This document shows positions 59,151 through 64,000 of a stretch of 64,000 nucleotides of DNA, piece by piece. The stretch's first letter is position 1. The number at the start of each line of letters is the position of its first letter. The position numbers and the translations under genes are program-made. The notes under the pieces were generated by a model, which was given only the letters and a program-made list of their open reading frames with translations, had not been told where the DNA came from and made no database searches. Source of the DNA: Roseibacillus sp. (GTDB taxonomy: Bacteria; Verrucomicrobiota; Verrucomicrobiia; Verrucomicrobiales; Akkermansiaceae); contig JBPOGI010000001.1 of NCBI GenBank assembly GCA_051251855.1, positions 864,001 through 928,000 of the forward strand, in the 5' to 3' direction.

Positions 59151-59825
59151 CTAAGTGATGATGGTTTGGGCGGTTTCGGCCTTATCTTTTTCCAAGGAAA
59201 GCACCGCGAGGTGGCGGTCGACGGATTTTCCTTCGGTTTGAATGACAGGGCGTGAGCGAGGATTTTTGACAGTGGTCAGCAGGTGAGCTCCGAGGGATTC
59301 GAGGGCGCTGAGGGCAAGAAGGTGCTCTTTGTCGAAGTAGGAAGTAATCACAAGGAGGCCTTGGGGATGCAGTTGGTGAAGGGCGTGATCGAAGAGTGAG
59401 GTCCAGAGTTTTGGCCCGTTCCAGAAGTTTTGGTGTCGGAAGAAGGCAAGGTGGGTGGGACTGGGGATTTGCTTGAGGAGGGGAAGTTTGGAGGCGTCGA
59501 GATTGAGAAAGCTAGCGCGTAGGTTGGGGGCGCTGTGGGCTTGAGCTGACCAGCGTGCGGTGGCCTCATCGAGTTCGGCAGGGCGGATGTCGATGCCGGT
59601 GAACTGGATGTCGCCGAGAGGGTGAGAGAAGAGGTCCGCGAGGAGTCCTGTTTCGTCCGACCGTCCGCAGGCTAGATTGAGGATGTTGCGCTGGGTGGGG
59701 AGCTGGCGATTGAATTGCGGCACGGCGTGAGCTTCTAACAGAGAACGGAGTGAGGCGAGGTCTTCGGGAGTTTCGCGGTAGGAGAAGGGTCTGTTGGGCA
59801 GATGCACGACGAGAGATGTAGCCAT
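59151..59825 (-). CDS. Putative class I SAM-dependent methyltransferase
   Basis: ILNLACG, GIDI and DA motifs, L.P.GLLVIT. Confidence 0.7.
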   Translation of the reverse strand: MATSLVVHLPNRPFSYRETPEDLASLRSLLEAHAVPQFNRQLPTQRNILNLACGRSDETGLLADLFSHPLGDIQFTGIDIRPAELDEATARWSAQAHSAPNLRASFLNLDASKLPLLKQIPSPTHLAFFRHQNFWNGPKLWTSLFDHALHQLHPQGLLVITSYFDKEHLLALSALESLGAHLLTTVKNPRSRPVIQTEGKSVDRHLAVLSLEKDKAETAQTIIT

Positions 59826-59924
59826 GAATCGGAAGTAAGGGCGAGGCTGAATGGTTGGGAATGGACTTGGTAGACGTGCTTGGGGGTTGTGGGGATCGAG
59901 CCAGCCAGGGTAGATTGACGCGAC

Positions 59925-61043
59925 GTGAGCGATTTGGGTTCAGAACAGATTGGAGCAATAGCGGACTTATTCGCTATTGAGGGGGCGTTTGTGGGTGCGG
60001 AAGAGGTGGAAACGGGGTTGATCAATTCGACTTGGGTTGCGAGTTACGACTTGGGGAGGTCCAAGCCTTCACGATATATTCTGCAGCGAATTAACGAGTC
60101 TGTTTTCGGCGATCCTCTCGAGGTCATGCGCAATGTAGAGACGGTCACTCGCCATATTAACGAGAAGGTTTTGCGGGTGAAGAAGGATTCCAATGGGCAG
60201 ACCTTGAGCCTTTACCCTGGGCGCGGTGGGCAGAGCTTCGTGGAGGGGCCGGGTGGCGGCATCTGGCGCTGTTACAATTTTATTGAGGGGTGCCGGACCT
60301 ATGATGTGGTTGAGAATACGCGGCAAGCGTATCAAGGAGGGCATGCTTTCGGATCTTTTCAGAACTTGGTGAGCGATTTGTCGGCAGAGGATATTGTGGA
60401 GGTGATTCCTGATTTTCACAACACGCCCCAACGCTATTGTCAGTTGTTGGATGCGGTGGAAAAGAATGCAGCCGGCCGAGTGAATGAAGTCGCCGATGAA
60501 TTGCGGCGGATTCAGGGGTTTGAGGGAGAGATGAGTCGCATAACTGAACTTCAGGAGAAGGGAGCGCTTCCGGCTCGGGTGACTCACAACGACACTAAGA
60601 TTAACAACGTTCTTTTCGATATCGCGACGGATGAGGCGGTTTGTGTGATTGACCTTGATACCGTGATGCCGGGTCTTTCTTTATACGACTTTGGCGATTT
60701 GGTGAGGACTTCGGTGAATCCGGCGGAGGAGGATGAGCGAGACTTGTCGCTGGTGGAGATGCGGATGCCGATTTTCGAAGCGCTGGTAGAGGGGTATTTA
60801 GAAGCGGCAGGGGGAGTTTTAACGGAGTTGGAGGTCGAGCTGCTGCCCTTTTCGGGAAAGTTACTGGCAGTGGAGGTGGCGATGCGTTTCTTGGCTGATT
60901 ACTTGAATGGTGATCAGTATTTTCGGGTGAAAAGAGAGGGGCAGAACTTGGACCGGGCACGGACGCAGCTGAAGTTGGCGGAGGAGATCGGCAAGGCTGA
61001 AGAAGCGATGGGGATGTATGTTAAGAAGGTCATGGGCATTTAA
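59925..61043 (+). CDS. APH-family phosphotransferase (N-acetylhexosamine 1-kinase-like)
   Basis: GLINST, YILQRIN, IPDFHNTP.R, THNDTKINN, IDLDTVMPG, DFGD and RFL.DYL.GD.YF. Confidence 0.85.
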   Translation: MSDLGSEQIGAIADLFAIEGAFVGAEEVETGLINSTWVASYDLGRSKPSRYILQRINESVFGDPLEVMRNVETVTRHINEKVLRVKKDSNGQTLSLYPGRGGQSFVEGPGGGIWRCYNFIEGCRTYDVVENTRQAYQGGHAFGSFQNLVSDLSAEDIVEVIPDFHNTPQRYCQLLDAVEKNAAGRVNEVADELRRIQGFEGEMSRITELQEKGALPARVTHNDTKINNVLFDIATDEAVCVIDLDTVMPGLSLYDFGDLVRTSVNPAEEDERDLSLVEMRMPIFEALVEGYLEAAGGVLTELEVELLPFSGKLLAVEVAMRFLADYLNGDQYFRVKREGQNLDRARTQLKLAEEIGKAEEAMGMYVKKVMGI

Positions 61044-61165
61044 CATTACTCTGCTTTTTCTGGCGGTGATGAGGTCCATCAAAGCCTCAGCAGAGAGTCG
61101 GTAGTTCTACTGGTGGAAAAGCTTTGCAGAATTGGAGCGAGGGCCTATGGGTCGGAAGACACGTG

Positions 61166-61558
61166 ATGAAATTTCTTACTCGTAAATGGATTAAACCAGA
61201 AGATCTTAACCCGAATGGCACTCTCTTTGGCGGGAGTTTATTGGCTTGGATTGATGAAGAAGCGGCCATTTATACCATCCTTCTTCTCAAAAGTCCTTAC
61301 GTGGTCACTAAGTTCATGTCGGAGATCAACTTTGTGAGCTCTGCGCGGTCTGGAGACATCATTGAAATGGGGATGGAGGTGCTGAAGTTCGGGCGGAGCT
61401 CGGTCACTCTGCGGTGTAAGGTTCGCAACATCATGACTCATCACACGGTCCTCGATATTGATCGGATTATTTTCGTAAATCTAGATTCATCGGGTTTACC
61501 GGCACCACATGGAATCAAAGAGATTCCTGAGCCTGAATCAATAGAGTCCGAACTTTAA
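61166..61558 (+). CDS. Acyl-CoA thioesterase (hot-dog fold)
   Basis: PEDLN..GTLFGG.LL.WIDE motif. Confidence 0.88.
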   Translation: MKFLTRKWIKPEDLNPNGTLFGGSLLAWIDEEAAIYTILLLKSPYVVTKFMSEINFVSSARSGDIIEMGMEVLKFGRSSVTLRCKVRNIMTHHTVLDIDRIIFVNLDSSGLPAPHGIKEIPEPESIESEL

Positions 61559-61630
61559 GCGCTCTATTGGTTTCCCTGAAGCGCTGCATTTCGAGAAGAC
61601 AGAATACTCTGTAATTAATGGAGCGATTTC

Positions 61631-62413
61631 CTAGATGGTCATCGCTTGGAAGCCGCCGTCGACGATGACTTCGGTGCCGGTGAGAAAGCTTCCGGCGTTG
61701 TTAGAGGCCAAGAGCAGAGTGGCTCCGATAAGCTCCTTTGGATTTCCAAACCGAGATGAGGGAGTGTGACGAAGAATTTCTGCGACGCGTGCCTCATCGA
61801 GGACGCTTTTATTCTGTTCTGCTGGGAAAAAACCGGGGACGAGAGTGTTGACGCGGATGTCGCGGTCGGCCCACTCACGGGCAAGGTTGCGAGTGAGGTT
61901 GTGCACGGCAGCCTTGGAGGCTGAGTAGGTGAAAACTCGAGAAAGCGGATTAAGGCCCGAAATCGAACCAAGGTTGATGATGGAGCCTTGCACGTCGCGG
62001 GAAAGGAAGTAGTTGCCGAAAATTTGGCAGGCTCGCATGACGCCGACGACATTAGTGTCGATGATGCGAAGAAACTCTTCGTCTGTGATTTCGACAAAGG
62101 GGGTGGGAGAGTTAACTCCGGCTCCGTTGATAAGAATGTCAGCCCGGCCGGATTGAGCGATGACGGAGTCGAGGAGGTCGTTGAGCGACTCGCGCTTACC
62201 GACTTCACCTTGAGCAAAATAGCCTTTGCCGCCAGCTGCTTCAATCTTGGCCAAGCGAGCTTCCGCTTTGGCTTCGTCGCGTCCTACCAAGACGACCTCA
62301 GCTCCCGCAGCGGCCAATCCTTCAGCCATGGTGCCGCAGAGTTCGCCGGTTCCGCCGATGACAACGGCGACTTTGCCTTGAAGGCCAAACAGATTTGAGA
62401 GGTAGTCATTCAT
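61631..62413 (-). CDS. SDR-family oxidoreductase (sugar-acid dehydrogenase-like)
   Basis: GGTGELC, NGAG.N, PLSRV..YSASKAA and PGFFPAEQN. Confidence 0.88.
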   Translation of the reverse strand: MNDYLSNLFGLQGKVAVVIGGTGELCGTMAEGLAAAGAEVVLVGRDEAKAEARLAKIEAAGGKGYFAQGEVGKRESLNDLLDSVIAQSGRADILINGAGVNSPTPFVEITDEEFLRIIDTNVVGVMRACQIFGNYFLSRDVQGSIINLGSISGLNPLSRVFTYSASKAAVHNLTRNLAREWADRDIRVNTLVPGFFPAEQNKSVLDEARVAEILRHTPSSRFGNPKELIGATLLLASNNAGSFLTGTEVIVDGGFQAMTI

Positions 62414-62468
62414 GATTTAAACTAGGTGGAGTGTGTGTGGTCTCGTGAATTTTGCGAACTTTTTCGGG

Positions 62469-63608
62469 CTAGGATTCGAGATGAAACTTCAGCTGAGGAG
62501 TATAGAGATCGGGTTCGAGAAGAAAGGAGTCATGACCCTTGTCCGAGTGGACGGTGAGGTGGGTGACGGCGACCTTTGCTTTCTCGAGGTCTGCGACGAG
62601 CTCGGCTTGTTCCTCAGGATAGAAGCAGAAATCGGAGTCGATAGAGAAAACGAGAAACTGGTGTCCTGCTTCCTGCGAAGGTGCAAAGAGAGCCACCTCG
62701 TCCTCGGCTTCGGCTTCGGTAAAGGCATTGTATGAGGACCACATGTCAGCGATGCGCAGGTAGGTGTTGGCGTCGAATCGCTGGGTGAACTTTTTCCCCT
62801 GATGTAGCATGTAGGACTGGAATGGGTCAGTGACGCCATACCAAGAAAGCATTTCTTTCTCGGGGACGATTTCGCGCTTAGCTCGGCGCTCGAAGGCATC
62901 GATGTGAACAAAGGTTTTGTGCGAAATCATGCGGGCTAATGCGAGTCCGAGATTAGGTAGGCCGGAATCGTAGTAATCGCCGCCATTGAAATAGGGGTCA
63001 TTCTCAATGGCGAGAATTTGTTCGAAGAGAAGGAGCCGGTTGAGAATGGTATTCTTGTATGATGAGGCTAACGAGACCACCTTTTTAACTCTTTGTGGAA
63101 AGATGTTGGCAAAGGTGAGCGCACAGAGTCCGCCGACGGAGGGCCCGATAATGGCGTGAAGAGTCTCTACTTCGAATTGATCGAGTAGGGCTGCTGCAAA
63201 CCGCGCTTGGTCTCCTACTGTGACTCGAGGAAACTGGGAACCGTAGGGTCTTCCTGTCTCGGGATTCTCAGAGGCGGGTCCGGTGGAGCCGTAGCAGCCG
63301 CCAAGATAGTTGGGAGCTAGAACGCAGAAGCGGTCGGTGTCGATAGCTTTACCCGAGCCGATAAAGTCGTTCCACCAGCCATCGTACAATTCGTCATTGA
63401 AGAGAGGAACGGTAGGAATGCCTTGATTGAGTCCGGCCGCGTGATGGGAACCGGACAGGGCGTGAAAGAGGAGGATGACATTGGAACGGTCTGCGTTCAT
63501 CTCGCCGTATTGCTCGTATGCAATTCGCGGAGACGAGAGCACAGTGCCGCTCGCGACTTGGAATTGGTCGAGCTGGCAGAATTTGGTTGAGACGGGTTCG
63601 TTGGTCAC
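62469..63608 (-). CDS. metX: Homoserine O-acetyltransferase
   Basis: HALSG, GWW...IG.GKAIDT, N.LGGCYGSTGP, GPSVGG, RFDANTY and GHDSFL. GTG start. Confidence 0.9.
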   Translation of the reverse strand: MTNEPVSTKFCQLDQFQVASGTVLSSPRIAYEQYGEMNADRSNVILLFHALSGSHHAAGLNQGIPTVPLFNDELYDGWWNDFIGSGKAIDTDRFCVLAPNYLGGCYGSTGPASENPETGRPYGSQFPRVTVGDQARFAAALLDQFEVETLHAIIGPSVGGLCALTFANIFPQRVKKVVSLASSYKNTILNRLLLFEQILAIENDPYFNGGDYYDSGLPNLGLALARMISHKTFVHIDAFERRAKREIVPEKEMLSWYGVTDPFQSYMLHQGKKFTQRFDANTYLRIADMWSSYNAFTEAEAEDEVALFAPSQEAGHQFLVFSIDSDFCFYPEEQAELVADLEKAKVAVTHLTVHSDKGHDSFLLEPDLYTPQLKFHLES

Positions 63609-63668
63609 AGGTGAAAGGGAAATTTGAACGGAATCGGTGCGGAAAGACAGTCTTTGTTTTGAGTGAAA

Positions 63669-64000
63669 CTAGTAGGCGTTACGCAATGCAAAAATCTCTA
63701 CATCGACTCCAGGGCTGTAAAGTGCGGAAACAGGAGCTTGCGAGGGCTCTGGAAATTGATTCCAAGTGAAGGGAAGAAGAGAGGGGGCTTCGCAATGAGC
63801 ATTTTGAAAGGGATAGGGCCGGTGGTGGACTTGTCCGATTTTGACTTTCCCCGCTTTGTTTGTGGAAAAAAGGAGGTAGCGTTCGAGGAGAAAGAACTCG
63901 AGAGAGTCCGGGGAGGCGGTGAGACTTTCGCCGATGCCTTCGTAGCGGTAATGGGCGACCTGGTCGGTTTTCTTGCGGCGTGAGCGATAGTCGATGAGTC
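63669..64000 (-). CDS. DUF2071 (YqjF-like) protein, 5' part outside the window
   Basis: Not in the ORF track. Manual translation gives ...SLEFFLLERYLLF...GQVHHRPYP...YSPGVDVEIF...NAY with the TAG stop at 63669. Confidence 0.75.
   Translation of the reverse strand, partial: LIDYRSRRKKTDQVAHYRYEGIGESLTASPDSLEFFLLERYLLFSTNKAGKVKIGQVHHRPYPFQNAHCEAPSLLPFTWNQFPEPSQAPVSALYSPGVDVEIFALRNAY

Noticed and set aside
63609..63668. SAM riboswitch upstream of metX
   Set aside because: Only 60 bp separate metX from the upstream DUF2071 gene, and no SAM-I or SAM-II consensus is visible.
63663..63983. 106-aa plus-strand ORF at the window end
   Set aside because: Antisense to the better-supported DUF2071 gene on the minus strand.

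Overview
A gene-dense chromosomal window, most likely from a free-living verrucomicrobium. This assignment is inferred from PVC-type heme-binding CxxCH proteins, sulfatases and large secreted proteins ending in an F-[FY]-R motif. Most of it is housekeeping or metabolic: rnhB-yraN, a SNF2 helicase, ABC-F, PolX, an MscK-like channel, lysA, Mrp, an RlmI-like methyltransferase, trpD, fabG-sixA, mpl, ddl-ftsQ-ftsA with no ftsZ following, and metX. Carbohydrate genes include two sulfatases, an alginate-lyase-family protein, a Tat-exported Gfo/Idh/MocA oxidoreductase, and a cluster of a ThuA/SGNH/propeller/cytochrome c fusion, three TIM-barrel sugar enzymes and a hydrolase. The most unusual part is about 39.9-46.4 kb. 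It holds an intact RAYT-like HUH transposase with an adjacent inverted REP pair, and a 3.5-kb unit bracketed by a perfect 78-bp direct repeat that carries a secreted choice-of-anchor-Q protein with an inserted F-type lectin domain. It also has heptamer repeats and an apparently 5'-truncated heme-protein gene. Elsewhere there are two copies of a REPIN-like element, a 220-bp MITE with TAA flanks, an ArsC/Spx-family pseudogene and an orphan 1816-aa secreted protein. I saw no rRNA, tRNA or CRISPR array. All family calls come from motif recognition by eye, not from database searches.
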